Part shown: positions 51,241 through 60,956 of the stretch, in pieces
Layout: each line of letters opens with the position of its first letter
Position numbering within the stretch: the first letter of the stretch is position 1
Assembly: GCA_943908475.1 (NCBI GenBank)
Contig: CALTTG010000016.1
Location: forward strand, 6,582 to 70,581
Source: an uncultured Burkholderiales bacterium
GTDB lineage: Bacteria > Pseudomonadota > Gammaproteobacteria > Burkholderiales > Burkholderiaceae_C
DNA: 64,000 nucleotides
Reading direction: 5' to 3'
Position numbers and translations under genes: made by a program
The notes under the pieces: model-generated
The model's database searches: none
Told to the model about the DNA's origin: nothing
Seen by the model: the letters and a program-made list of their open reading frames with translations, nothing else

Positions 51241-54018
51241 TCAGAGCCCCTTCAGCAACGCATCCACCTCAGCCTGCTTGCCGTAGCGACTGCCCAGTTG
51301 CCGCAACACCAGCAAAGACTCTTTGGCAGCCACTTTTTGGCCAGCTTGCAGCTGAAGCTTGGCCAAACTCAAACGGAATTCGGTGGCAGCGGGCTTCAAC
51401 TCGACGGCTTTTCGCTGCAGTTCGACGGCCTTGGCCCACTGCTGCTGACCGGCCAACACCATGGACCATGTGTCAAGAATCTCTGGGGTGTCAGGCGCAA
51501 GCGCGGCGGCTTTCTCCACATGACCCAACGCTTCTTTGCGCCCCATTTTTCCCAACACCCATGCCATGTTGTTCAAAATCAAAGGATTGCTGGGCTGCAA
51601 ACTCAACGCCACTTGATAGTGCTTCTCGGCCAAAGACAAGCGTCCTTCGATCATGGCTCGTTCGCCCATGTAAAACGCAAAACCCGCATCGCGTGGGTGT
51701 TTGAGCATCCAACCTGTGGCGAGCTTTTCCGCCTCCATCGAAGCGCCCATTACCAAATAGGTCGAATGGAGCTTGGTCGCAACGCCAGTGGCGGCGGGGG
51801 CTTTTTCCAACGCAGACGCATACGCTGATACAGCCGGCGAATACTGCTTGACATGAACATGGACGTCGCCCTCCATCACGAAGCCGATGGGGTCTTTTGG
51901 TCGCTGCCTTTGAATATCTTTGACGAGCGCAATGGCCTCCGGCACTGAATTGTTGCGCAGCGCCAGCTTGGCCAAACCATGCTGCGCTTCCAAGTGGTCA
52001 GGCTCAGCCTCTAGCGCTTTGCGCATCATCAGTGCAGCTTGAACCAAGTCATTGTTGGCGGCATGGATGCCTGCCATCCGCATGTAGGCCAGTCCGGACT
52101 GGGGCTGAACGCTCGCAAGCTTCCCGTAAGTACTCAGCGCCTGGTTCCTCTCTCCAGCTGCGGCCTGCGCTTGCCCCAAAGCCCCCAAAACCGCGACACT
52201 GCCAGGCAAGGCAGCGGCCGCATTCTGCGCGATGGTAAGTGCCTGTTTGGGCTCCTTGCCGTGCAGCAGAAATGCAATCAACATCAGTCTGGGCGCCTCA
52301 TCGTCAGGCGAAGCCTCAACCGCACGGCTCAGTAGGGCCCTTGTTTTGTCTCTGGCCACGCCCGAAGTGATCTGCAGTTCCGCCAGATACATCAGCGCAT
52401 TGACATGCTTGGGCTCATTTTCAAGAAAAGCCTCCACACGACGAACAGCGACGTCTTGCTTTTTCTGGGCAACATCAATCGCCGCAAGTGCCTTGACAGC
52501 TGGGAAAAACGCAGGGGTCGCCTTCAAAGCCGCCCCCAAAACCTCTTGAGCAGCTTGGATATTCCCTTTCAACAGCAGCACCTGACCGTGCAGCATGGCC
52601 GGGATTGGGTCTCCCGGTCGTTTGGCTGCCAAGCGCAACACCGCAGCCAGGGCTTTATCGAGCTCACGACGCTGTACCAAAGCGTTAACCAGCGCCATGT
52701 CCGCCACAACACCTTTGTCTTTGGTTGAAATGTCCTGCAGTTCTCCAAAGGCTTGTTCAGCACGCCCATCCATCAGTCGACTCAAAGCGAGAGAGGTCTT
52801 CTTGGAAGGGTCTACTGGATCCAGCCTCGAAGCCCTCTCGAAGTGCGTCTGAGCCAACGCCTGGTTGCCCAGGACCATGTAAACCTGCCCTGCAGCCGCC
52901 AGCATCTCGGCATCGTTGCTTTGTGCCAAGTCCGTCGGCAACGTCGACATCGCTTTTTCAGTTTGGCCGGTTTTCAGATAGCTCAAGACCAACATTCGCC
53001 GAGCTAAAGTTAGCTCAGGCGAAGCCCTCAACGCCTTCGCCAAGAAGGGCTGAGCCTGAATCAAGGCGTTGGCCTGATACTCGATTGCACCGGCCAACTC
53101 AAGTGCGAGGGCATTGTCAGGCGACACCTTCAGAACACGCTGCGCGGCCTCCCGCGCGGCACGCAAATCGCCTCTGGCCATCGCGACCTGCGCCTCGATG
53201 AAAGCCGTTGAGGGACGCTGAGCGGCCATCTTTTTGAGCTTATTCAGTGCATCAACGGCCTCATCAAACTTTCCTTGGGATAGAAGAACCCGGACGATGC
53301 TGTACTGAGCATCATGGAACGAAGGCCAATGTTCCAAGGCGGTTTGATACGCTTTGAGCGCAGCATCAGGCTGCTTTTGCCCATAGTAGAGCACGTCACC
53401 CTTCAGTTTGAGGGCGACAGCATGCCGAGGATCCAGTTTCAACACCGTCTCAAGGAGGCTCAGCGCATCACCATATCGCTTGCCGCCGGCCAGGAAACGC
53501 GCTTTTTCGACCAACGCAGGCACATGATCGGGCTGGACCTTCAGTGCGGCATCCAAAGTCTCCAAAGCTCGCGCGCTTTGCCCAAGCCCCATTCGGGCGG
53601 AGGCCAGCGACGTCAAAAGACTTGCCTGCGAAGCGGGCTCTTTCAGAACCGTTGTGCCGTAAGCGTCCTCCAGCTTTTTGAACTGCTGTTTGGTCAACAT
53701 GGCCTCAGCCAAGGCTGGCACCACGGCATCTTGCGTTTGACCACCGCTCAAGGCTTTTCGTAACTCACTTTCGGCGCCTTCCGCATCACCCGTCGCCAAG
53801 AGCGACTTGCCCAGCAACAAGCGAGCTTCCGAGTCATCGGGCTTTTGCTGCAATGCATTCTTCAGCTGAATGATGGCTGCTGTGTGGTCATTTTTGGCGA
53901 TGTAGTCCTTGGCGGACACCAAGAGCTCAGCCGGGTTGCTGCCCTTGCATGCAACCAAGCACGCACAAAAACATAGACTCAGGGACAAGTGCGAGAACGA
54001 ACGCTTCAATCGATTCAT
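51241..54018 (-). CDS. prsT: PEP-CTERM system TPR-repeat lipoprotein PrsT
   Basis: ~925 aa of consecutive TPR repeats. Lipoprotein signal MNRLKRSFSHLSLSLCFCACLVAC (alternative ATG at 54039 overlaps the prsR stop as TAATG). Downstream of prsK-prsR as in described PEP-CTERM loci. Confidence 0.8.
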   Translation of the reverse strand: MNRLKRSFSHLSLSLCFCACLVACKGSNPAELLVSAKDYIAKNDHTAAIIQLKNALQQKPDDSEARLLLGKSLLATGDAEGAESELRKALSGGQTQDAVVPALAEAMLTKQQFKKLEDAYGTTVLKEPASQASLLTSLASARMGLGQSARALETLDAALKVQPDHVPALVEKARFLAGGKRYGDALSLLETVLKLDPRHAVALKLKGDVLYYGQKQPDAALKAYQTALEHWPSFHDAQYSIVRVLLSQGKFDEAVDALNKLKKMAAQRPSTAFIEAQVAMARGDLRAAREAAQRVLKVSPDNALALELAGAIEYQANALIQAQPFLAKALRASPELTLARRMLVLSYLKTGQTEKAMSTLPTDLAQSNDAEMLAAAGQVYMVLGNQALAQTHFERASRLDPVDPSKKTSLALSRLMDGRAEQAFGELQDISTKDKGVVADMALVNALVQRRELDKALAAVLRLAAKRPGDPIPAMLHGQVLLLKGNIQAAQEVLGAALKATPAFFPAVKALAAIDVAQKKQDVAVRRVEAFLENEPKHVNALMYLAELQITSGVARDKTRALLSRAVEASPDDEAPRLMLIAFLLHGKEPKQALTIAQNAAAALPGSVAVLGALGQAQAAAGERNQALSTYGKLASVQPQSGLAYMRMAGIHAANNDLVQAALMMRKALEAEPDHLEAQHGLAKLALRNNSVPEAIALVKDIQRQRPKDPIGFVMEGDVHVHVKQYSPAVSAYASALEKAPAATGVATKLHSTYLVMGASMEAEKLATGWMLKHPRDAGFAFYMGERAMIEGRLSLAEKHYQVALSLQPSNPLILNNMAWVLGKMGRKEALGHVEKAAALAPDTPEILDTWSMVLAGQQQWAKAVELQRKAVELKPAATEFRLSLAKLQLQAGQKVAAKESLLVLRQLGSRYGKQAEVDALLKGL

Positions 54019-54038
54019 GTATTGCCCATTGGAAAACA

Positions 54039-55400
54039 TTACCTGAGCCCAAACCTGTGCATCAAATCATACAAAGTTGGACGACTGACACCCAAGAGTT
54101 CAGCCGCCTGGAGCACGTTACCATCAACCCTGGCCAGCGCTGAGAGAACAGCAGAGCGCTCTGCAGCCTCTCGAACGGTTCGCAAGTCCAATGAAGCCTC
54201 GGGCGCCCTCGCCTCGGCATCGGGCAAGCCAAGATCTTCTGGCTGTATGCGAGCACCGTCGGCCATGATGCACGCCCGTTTGATGCAGTTTTCAAGCTCT
54301 CGAATGTTGCCTGGCCACTGGTATTGCTCAATGCTGTGAACAGCCTCTGGCGACAAAGAAAGGGCACTCCTGCCCTGTTCGCCGACAAATCGCCTAACGA
54401 ATGCGTGTGCAATGAGTACCGCATCTCCCACTCGTTGACGCAATGGTGGAATGTCCACCACTATTTCAGCCAGCCTGTAATACAGATCTTCGCGAAATTG
54501 TCCGTTACCGATCAGCACCTTTAGATCTTGATGGGTCGCGCAGACGATTCGAACGTCAACTGGTATTTCTTGACGTCCGCCCACACGCTCGATGACTCGC
54601 TCTTGGAGGAATCTCAGCAGCTTGGATTGCAAAGCCACAGGAAGATCCCCAATTTCATCCAACATCAGGGTGCCACCATTGGCCAATTCAATTTTGCCCA
54701 GGGTTGTTTTCACCGCCCCAGTAAAGGCGCCCTTTTCGTGACCGAAAAGCTCTGTCTCGAGCAAACTTTCAGGAATGGCAGCGCAGTTAATGGCCACAAA
54801 CCTTCCTTCACGCCGAGCACTGGATTGGTGCAAACCTCTTGCCAATACTTCCTTGCCCGTACCACTTTCCCCCAACAACATTACTGTGGCAGTGGTGTTG
54901 GACACCTTCTCGATCAAGCGACAAACCCGAAGCATTTCAGGATCTCGCGACAAAAGTCCTTTCATCGCATCAGGCACCTGGGCGCTCTGCAATCTTCGAA
55001 TTTCACACTGCAACTCATGCAGCCTGAATGCACGCTCCAATGTGAGATTGAGCACCTCGGGCTCAAACGGCTTGGCGAGAAAGTCGTATGCACCCATTTC
55101 AATGGCTTTCATCGCATTGTCTTGGCCATTTTGTCCGGTCAACACAATGACTTTCGCCTCGGGCTGTGCAGCCAATATTTCACTCAGTAGCGCGAAGCCC
55201 TCGCTGACATCATCAGCATCAGGCGGCAAGCCCAGATCCATGGTCACAACCGATGGCGCGTACCGACGAACGAGCGTCATGGCCTCCTGTCGATCAAAAG
55301 CAGTGAAGGATTCCCAACGATCGACAGACCACTTGATCTGTTTTTGCAGAGCAGGATCATCCTCGACAATCAACAGGCACCCGCTTTTTTGAACGCTCAT
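54039..55400 (-). CDS. prsR: PEP-CTERM-box response regulator transcription factor PrsR (sigma-54-dependent, NtrC family)
   Basis: Receiver LLIVEDDPALQ...VVTMDLGLPPD. AAA+ sigma-54 activator domain LLGESGTGKEVLARGLH, GAFTGA, ESELFGHEKGAFTGA-type. C-terminal Fis-like HTH (LQAAELLGVSRPTLYDLMHRFGL). Confidence 0.85.
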   Translation of the reverse strand: MSVQKSGCLLIVEDDPALQKQIKWSVDRWESFTAFDRQEAMTLVRRYAPSVVTMDLGLPPDADDVSEGFALLSEILAAQPEAKVIVLTGQNGQDNAMKAIEMGAYDFLAKPFEPEVLNLTLERAFRLHELQCEIRRLQSAQVPDAMKGLLSRDPEMLRVCRLIEKVSNTTATVMLLGESGTGKEVLARGLHQSSARREGRFVAINCAAIPESLLETELFGHEKGAFTGAVKTTLGKIELANGGTLMLDEIGDLPVALQSKLLRFLQERVIERVGGRQEIPVDVRIVCATHQDLKVLIGNGQFREDLYYRLAEIVVDIPPLRQRVGDAVLIAHAFVRRFVGEQGRSALSLSPEAVHSIEQYQWPGNIRELENCIKRACIMADGARIQPEDLGLPDAEARAPEASLDLRTVREAAERSAVLSALARVDGNVLQAAELLGVSRPTLYDLMHRFGLR

Positions 55401-57439
55401 TCCTTCTCCCCGGACTCGAGCAGCGGGACGGCCACTGTGATCAGTGTTCCTCGCCCCTCTTGACTATCGACCTTCATTTGCCCACCAAGCTCGTGGATGT
55501 ATTGAGCACTTTCATAAGCGCCAATTCCCATCCCAGCGTCTTTGGTGCTGTGAAAGGGCCTGAACAAGCGCGATCGCACAAACTCTTCGCTCATCCCGCA
55601 CCCCTGATCAGCAACCTCTATGCATGCTTGACTTCCAAGCCGGTAGGTTCGAACACTGACAGCCCCTTGATTCGCTTCTGTCGCATCCAGCGCGTTTTGA
55701 ATGACATGCCCAATCACGCGGGAGAGTCGATCGCGATCTCCTCTGGCTGAAACGTTGGTGGAGATGTCCAAAGAAATCTTACGGCCCCGCTTTTCCGTGA
55801 GCAAGGCCCACTCTTGGGCGATCGACGATAAGTTGACCGCCGGCGAGGTGCCCGCCAACGCTGGAGCCCCTCCTTCCCTGAGTTGTAACATCAACTGCTT
55901 CATCCGCTCGAGCGAATGCTCGATGGTCATGATCATGTCGTCCTGAAATTCAGCGTTATCTTTGAGACGGCGAGCATTTTTCATCAACAAGGACAGCTGC
56001 GTCACTATGTTCTTGAGGTCATGCACCACGAAGGCAGACATTTTGTTAAACGAGTCAAATTTTCGCGACTCCATGAGCACTTCGGTGGCACGCATCTGCA
56101 GCAAAAAGCTGGCCGCCTGCGTCGATGCCGTCTTGAGCAAGTCTGTCACTTCCCAATTGCGGTCCAGCGCGGCCCTGGGGCGAGCCAGCACGACGAAGCC
56201 ACAGTCGTCACCCGCCAGACGCAAGGGAACCAGCAGCCAAGCATCAGACAACCTCATCAGCCAATCTGGAAGGTCGACATTGGGATAACGATCGGAGTGC
56301 GCTCGGTACTCATCGATGTCGATCACCCAGCCTGATCGGGCGACAAAGGCCATGAGTGACGAGCCCACGGGTTCCACTTCGCGGACCAAGGGCAAATTCC
56401 AGCGCGCCACCTGAACGAATTCAGCACGTTCTGAATGACGCATCCAAAGGCCGCCTGCAGGGCTCTCGACCATGCCTGCCAAACCCTGTATGACGTTTTG
56501 ATTGAGTTCGTCGGGATTGGAGTGCGATGCCAAGGCCCCAGTGAACTTCAGCCATTCTTCTCGATAATCATAGCGATAACGAAGAAAATGTTTGCCCGAC
56601 CATACTCTCAACCATGCGCGCCCAGACCCGGAAAAAGCCAACGTCATCAACAAGCCGCATGACAGAAAAACAAAACCAACCTGAAGCGCCCGCCCCCAAT
56701 CGCCACCAAAATAGCGAATGTAATACCCCAAAGCGGAGATGAACAACAAATATCCGCCTGCCAAACTCAGCGCAACAGAGTGAAATACCACCTGCCTCGA
56801 GAGGCGAACCTGCATGATCCAACGACGCTGCCGCCAACTCGACAAAATCAACAGAGGCACCATCAGTGCGTGAACAAAACCGCGCGCGGCAAGTACATCA
56901 CCATCTATCAGGCTCAGTATGGCAGCCTCTGAGAACAAATAGAAATCAAAGAGAAAAATCCCACAAAGACCCAAACATATGGGCTTGATACTCCACCGGG
57001 AGTCAGTCGGCAAATTTCTAAAAAGCTGTTCAGCCAAAACGAGCCCAAACACCGACAGCAGGGTGAACGCCAAATGGCTGCCAGAGAAGAATGCAAGCGA
57101 CACCAGCAACACAGCGGACCACATAGCCCCCGTGAGGAGAAGCGATTGCAAACGCTCCTCTCTTTTGGCATTCAGCAAGTACAAAAGCACGAAAAACCAA
57201 GCGCCATATCGCAGGGCATCCAGCCTGTGTTCGACTTCAGGCCAAGATACACTCAGCCATGCCAGCATCGGGCCACTCCAGGCCCACATGACGGAAATGG
57301 AGGCGGCGAGCAGAAGCAACTTTTCAGAGGGATCAGCGGAAATCCTCGCAAATCCCGACCTCACCCAGAACGCAGCCAAGATCAAGTGACTCAAACCAGC
57401 CAGCATCAACCCGATGAGCAGCATGGTTCCAACAGTCAT
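55397..57439 (-). CDS. prsK: PEP-CTERM/XrtA-system sensor histidine kinase PrsK
   Basis: 680 aa. About 10 N-terminal TM helices, a GAF-like domain, HisKA (SAFVVHDLKNIVTQLSLL) and HATPase (GCGMSEEFVRSRLFRPFHSTK...GMGIGAYE). 4-nt overlap with prsR. Confidence 0.8.
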   Translation of the reverse strand: MTVGTMLLIGLMLAGLSHLILAAFWVRSGFARISADPSEKLLLLAASISVMWAWSGPMLAWLSVSWPEVEHRLDALRYGAWFFVLLYLLNAKREERLQSLLLTGAMWSAVLLVSLAFFSGSHLAFTLLSVFGLVLAEQLFRNLPTDSRWSIKPICLGLCGIFLFDFYLFSEAAILSLIDGDVLAARGFVHALMVPLLILSSWRQRRWIMQVRLSRQVVFHSVALSLAGGYLLFISALGYYIRYFGGDWGRALQVGFVFLSCGLLMTLAFSGSGRAWLRVWSGKHFLRYRYDYREEWLKFTGALASHSNPDELNQNVIQGLAGMVESPAGGLWMRHSERAEFVQVARWNLPLVREVEPVGSSLMAFVARSGWVIDIDEYRAHSDRYPNVDLPDWLMRLSDAWLLVPLRLAGDDCGFVVLARPRAALDRNWEVTDLLKTASTQAASFLLQMRATEVLMESRKFDSFNKMSAFVVHDLKNIVTQLSLLMKNARRLKDNAEFQDDMIMTIEHSLERMKQLMLQLREGGAPALAGTSPAVNLSSIAQEWALLTEKRGRKISLDISTNVSARGDRDRLSRVIGHVIQNALDATEANQGAVSVRTYRLGSQACIEVADQGCGMSEEFVRSRLFRPFHSTKDAGMGIGAYESAQYIHELGGQMKVDSQEGRGTLITVAVPLLESGEKE

Positions 57440-57467
57440 GAGGAGCCCTGGGCCTGAAAAATGGGAC

Positions 57468-58889
57468 TCACTGGGCCCCCTTGCCTGTCAACACCACGCC
57501 AATGGTCTCAAACAGAACCACGAGATCCAGAAAAAGAGAATGGTTCTTCACGTAGTACAAATCGTACTGAAGCTTCTGAGTCGTGTCCTCAAGCGTAGAA
57601 CCATATTGGTACCTGACCTGCGCCCATCCAGTCACACCAGGCTTCAAACTGTGCCGGACCGCGTAAAAGGGGATCTGCTGGGTCAGTTGATCCACGAAAT
57701 ATTGTCGCTCTGGACGTGGCCCCACCAAACTCATGTCGCCATTGAGCACACTGAACAGTTGCGGCAGCTCATCGATGCGGCATTTACGGATGAAACGCCC
57801 CACTCTGGTCACCCGACTGTCGCCGGCTGTGGCCCATTTGGGAACGCCGTCTTTCTCTGCGTCCGTGCGCATGCTTCGAAACTTCACAACATTGAATGGC
57901 TTTCCAGCCTGCCCCACTCGCTCCTGCTTGTAGATGATCGGGCCTCGGCTGTCGAGCTTGATCAGCAACGCAGTGATCAGCATGATGGGTGCAGCCAGCA
58001 GCAACAGCACAGATGCAGCGAGCAGGTCACAACTCCGCTTGACCGTGGCTCTAACCATGCCCTGCTCGAAGCCGTCGCTGAAAATCAAGTAGCCTGCAGA
58101 CATCGCATCCAGCCTGATTTGCCCGATTTTCTGCTCGAAATGGGTGGCAATGTCCATCACTCGAACACCATCAAGCTTGCAATCCAGAAGCTCGCGCATG
58201 GGCATGCTGCCGCCCCGCCGCTCGGTGAGAGCGACAATGATCTCGTCGACTTGCTTGTCGATGACCACTTGTGACAGTGGAGTCCCGACCTGAAACACCT
58301 CAGGACCCGACACTTCAAGGGTTTCTTCATTCGGACTGACAAAGAATCCAACCAGTGTCACATTCGGGTCCGACTTCAAGAGGGACTCGGCAACAGCCTT
58401 TGCCCGAGCACCCGCGCCGTAGATCAATATTCTGCTCTTGGTCATCGAAACAGGCAGCATCGACACAGACACTTCTCTCTGAACGATGACCAGAACTTTG
58501 GCGAGCGTCAGCACGCCAAAGACAATCCAAATGCTTTTGTCGATGACCTTGGGCATCAACCACAAGATGCCCAAGGTGACGAGACTCGCCGCGACAAGCG
58601 CGACCAGAGCTCGAATGCGCATCACGCTCCGGGAAAAAGAGCGGGCTCGCTCGTACAAGCCTAGGGTCGCATTCACCATCACAAAGTTCAATGCCACCAG
58701 CCCACCAGTGAGCGCACTGTCCAACACCGAGTCTGGTCTTCTCATGCTGGCCTGCAACCAGACTGCGAAAAAAGCAGCGAGCATCAGAGCCCCTGCCTCA
58801 AACAAAACCTGCAGAACGGTGCGAGTGTGAAAGTAATGCCCGAATATTTTGATCATTTGACGGAAGTCGCCTCTCAGCCGCAGGCCCAA
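57468..58889 (-). CDS. Exopolysaccharide polyprenyl glycosylphosphotransferase (EpsB/WbaP-like, PEP-CTERM-locus associated)
   Basis: 473 aa. Four N-terminal TM helices, a CoA-binding-like domain, and a C-terminal sugar-transferase domain (GPIIYKQERVGQAGKPFNVVKFRSM...[21 protein letters not shown]). Confidence 0.8.
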   Translation of the reverse strand: MGLRLRGDFRQMIKIFGHYFHTRTVLQVLFEAGALMLAAFFAVWLQASMRRPDSVLDSALTGGLVALNFVMVNATLGLYERARSFSRSVMRIRALVALVAASLVTLGILWLMPKVIDKSIWIVFGVLTLAKVLVIVQREVSVSMLPVSMTKSRILIYGAGARAKAVAESLLKSDPNVTLVGFFVSPNEETLEVSGPEVFQVGTPLSQVVIDKQVDEIIVALTERRGGSMPMRELLDCKLDGVRVMDIATHFEQKIGQIRLDAMSAGYLIFSDGFEQGMVRATVKRSCDLLAASVLLLLAAPIMLITALLIKLDSRGPIIYKQERVGQAGKPFNVVKFRSMRTDAEKDGVPKWATAGDSRVTRVGRFIRKCRIDELPQLFSVLNGDMSLVGPRPERQYFVDQLTQQIPFYAVRHSLKPGVTGWAQVRYQYGSTLEDTTQKLQYDLYYVKNHSLFLDLVVLFETIGVVLTGKGAQ

Positions 58890-58924
58890 TCGCCATGCTT
58901 TTAGAACAGATTGTTACTCGGATC

Positions 58925-60922
58925 TTACGCGGAAGGCCTGCCTCTCGCACCCCCTAGAAAGGACGCATAGAACACCAAGAATTGCGCGAAAAATGATGTA
59001 CGGGGGAACTCAAAGACGCTGATGAGGAGCCCCAGCACCAACAGCCCCGCCACGGCCCAACACCAGGAAGCTGGCAGGGCGGCGCGCGCCCGCCATGCGA
59101 GCCATACCGCAAACAACCAGGTCAAGACTGCGCCCATGCCTCGCTCCAGCCACAATTCCAGATACAAGTTATCGGCATGCCAAGGCAAAAAATAACCTGT
59201 TGCACTCGGCCACCAAGGGGCAAGTCCCTTCGAAAAGTCTGAGGACCAGTTCCCCCACTGAATCTGAGACAACGTCATGTCTGCCTCCGGATTCAACAGT
59301 GCCACCTTCAGTACCGTTGACGCGAATGGGCGCCATTGCCCACCCCCAACGTCTCCCGTCGTCTCAATTCCCCAAGGAATCGCCTGTCGCTGAACACTCG
59401 TCGTTGGAGGCAAATTTGCCACGGCCTCGAGACAACGCCCCTCGTACAGCAAATGCTGCTCACACCATGCCACCCTGATTGTGGTGGGTTGGCGAGCAGT
59501 GAACCAAATGAGCAGGGGCTCGTGCGCATCGAGGCGGTCAGGCAGGCTCCTGACCAGTTGGAGTCGCCCCCGAAGGTCATCACGCTCGGAATTGCCCATG
59601 AACCGAATGTGTGCTGGCCCGTCCGATGCCGCAGGGACCCAGCGCCAATATGCAGGCATGTGACGACCATCAACACTCTGGTCGTAGCGGGTGGGCAGTT
59701 GCCCCATTCCAACCCCTAGAAGCCGTTCGACCGCGTTGGCTGGCAACGATGCCAGCGCTTGCCAGTGCCGCAAGCGCCCCGCAGCATCGGCGGATGACTG
59801 AACGAGTCGATCGGTCATGAAGTGACTGACCGAGAACAACCCCACCGTTTCTGACAACAGGATGAGAACGAGCGCCATGGTTGCCTTCGACTTTGCGCCT
59901 CGCCCACAAGACCATTCACGTCGAAGCGTCCAAAGCATTCCAGCGGAAGTCAGAAGCGAGGTCACCAAGACGGCTCTTGAAAATGTCGTGATCAGGGTAT
60001 AAACCGCGGCTACCAGGAGCAGTGCCATGCACGACCAGACCAAGGACCGCCGTGTGGTGAGCAAAATGCCCCACGCAAATGGCAGTGTCATCGCAAGGTA
60101 GGCGTCCAATGCTCCGCCGCCAAGCCGCATCTCCCAAAACCAGGCTGTGGTGCGGTAGGGCAAGTTCAGGTTCCACATTCCGATGTGGGCCCAGCGCTCC
60201 CACAGGGTCAAACACACCACAGCCCCGAGACCTGTCACCACGCCGGCCGACAGGATCTGCACAGATTCACGTTGCAAACGCCACGGCTGGAGCGCCGCCA
60301 ACATCACGACCACCCAAGCGGTGGGCAAGAAAGTCGACCAAGCCGCAATCCATCCAGTGTGGTCGCTGGAGAGTGCAAACGACAGATCCCCCCACGCGGT
60401 TACCGGCGCACGAAGCCAACTCAGCCAACCAAATGCGAGCCACAGTGCGCAAACCGAAAAACTCCAGGGGGTGAGGCGAATGGGAGACTGGACCACAAAG
60501 GACTGATCGCCACGCGACATAACACGTCCCGCACAAAGGGCTGAGCACCCCAACATCATGAACAGATGAAAGCTGCCATGATGGACACCGCCAATGCTCA
60601 CGCTGCAATCAATGATTGGCAGCACCGCCAACAAAAAAGCAACGCCCCAAACGGGATGCCAACCCAACAAAAAAGATGCCAATGACGCGATCAACCACCA
60701 CCACAGCGGGTGATTGGGCAGGGCCAAACCCAGGCTTACCGTCCCTGTTAGCGACATGACGGTACACAAGCACCAAAGAATCCTGACTGTCACACCATGA
60801 AGCGCCCCGGGTTTTGCGGAGGCCAGTTGGTTTAAGTCAGACGGTCGCGGCCTGACCAGCGCGTTGTTGGAGGTAGTTTGCCTCGAATTCCGTGGGCGAT
60901 TCAGCCCCAGCCCAGCGCACAC
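58925..60922 (-). CDS. O-antigen-ligase-like (Wzy_C) membrane protein with a large C-terminal extracytoplasmic domain; exosortase-A-system associated putative O-glycosylation ligase
   Basis: 665-aa ORF whose true start is probably internal (about MSLTGTVSL). About 10 TM helices including an O-antigen ligase-type core. A ~200-aa soluble domain and two more TM helices at the C-terminus. Confidence 0.55.
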   Translation of the reverse strand: MCAGLGLNRPRNSRQTTSNNALVRPRPSDLNQLASAKPGALHGVTVRILWCLCTVMSLTGTVSLGLALPNHPLWWWLIASLASFLLGWHPVWGVAFLLAVLPIIDCSVSIGGVHHGSFHLFMMLGCSALCAGRVMSRGDQSFVVQSPIRLTPWSFSVCALWLAFGWLSWLRAPVTAWGDLSFALSSDHTGWIAAWSTFLPTAWVVVMLAALQPWRLQRESVQILSAGVVTGLGAVVCLTLWERWAHIGMWNLNLPYRTTAWFWEMRLGGGALDAYLAMTLPFAWGILLTTRRSLVWSCMALLLVAAVYTLITTFSRAVLVTSLLTSAGMLWTLRREWSCGRGAKSKATMALVLILLSETVGLFSVSHFMTDRLVQSSADAAGRLRHWQALASLPANAVERLLGVGMGQLPTRYDQSVDGRHMPAYWRWVPAASDGPAHIRFMGNSERDDLRGRLQLVRSLPDRLDAHEPLLIWFTARQPTTIRVAWCEQHLLYEGRCLEAVANLPPTTSVQRQAIPWGIETTGDVGGGQWRPFASTVLKVALLNPEADMTLSQIQWGNWSSDFSKGLAPWWPSATGYFLPWHADNLYLELWLERGMGAVLTWLFAVWLAWRARAALPASWCWAVAGLLVLGLLISVFEFPRTSFFAQFLVFYASFLGGARGRPSA

Positions 60923-60956
60923 CGCACAATCATCGAGGCCGGTTCAAGTAAGCGAA

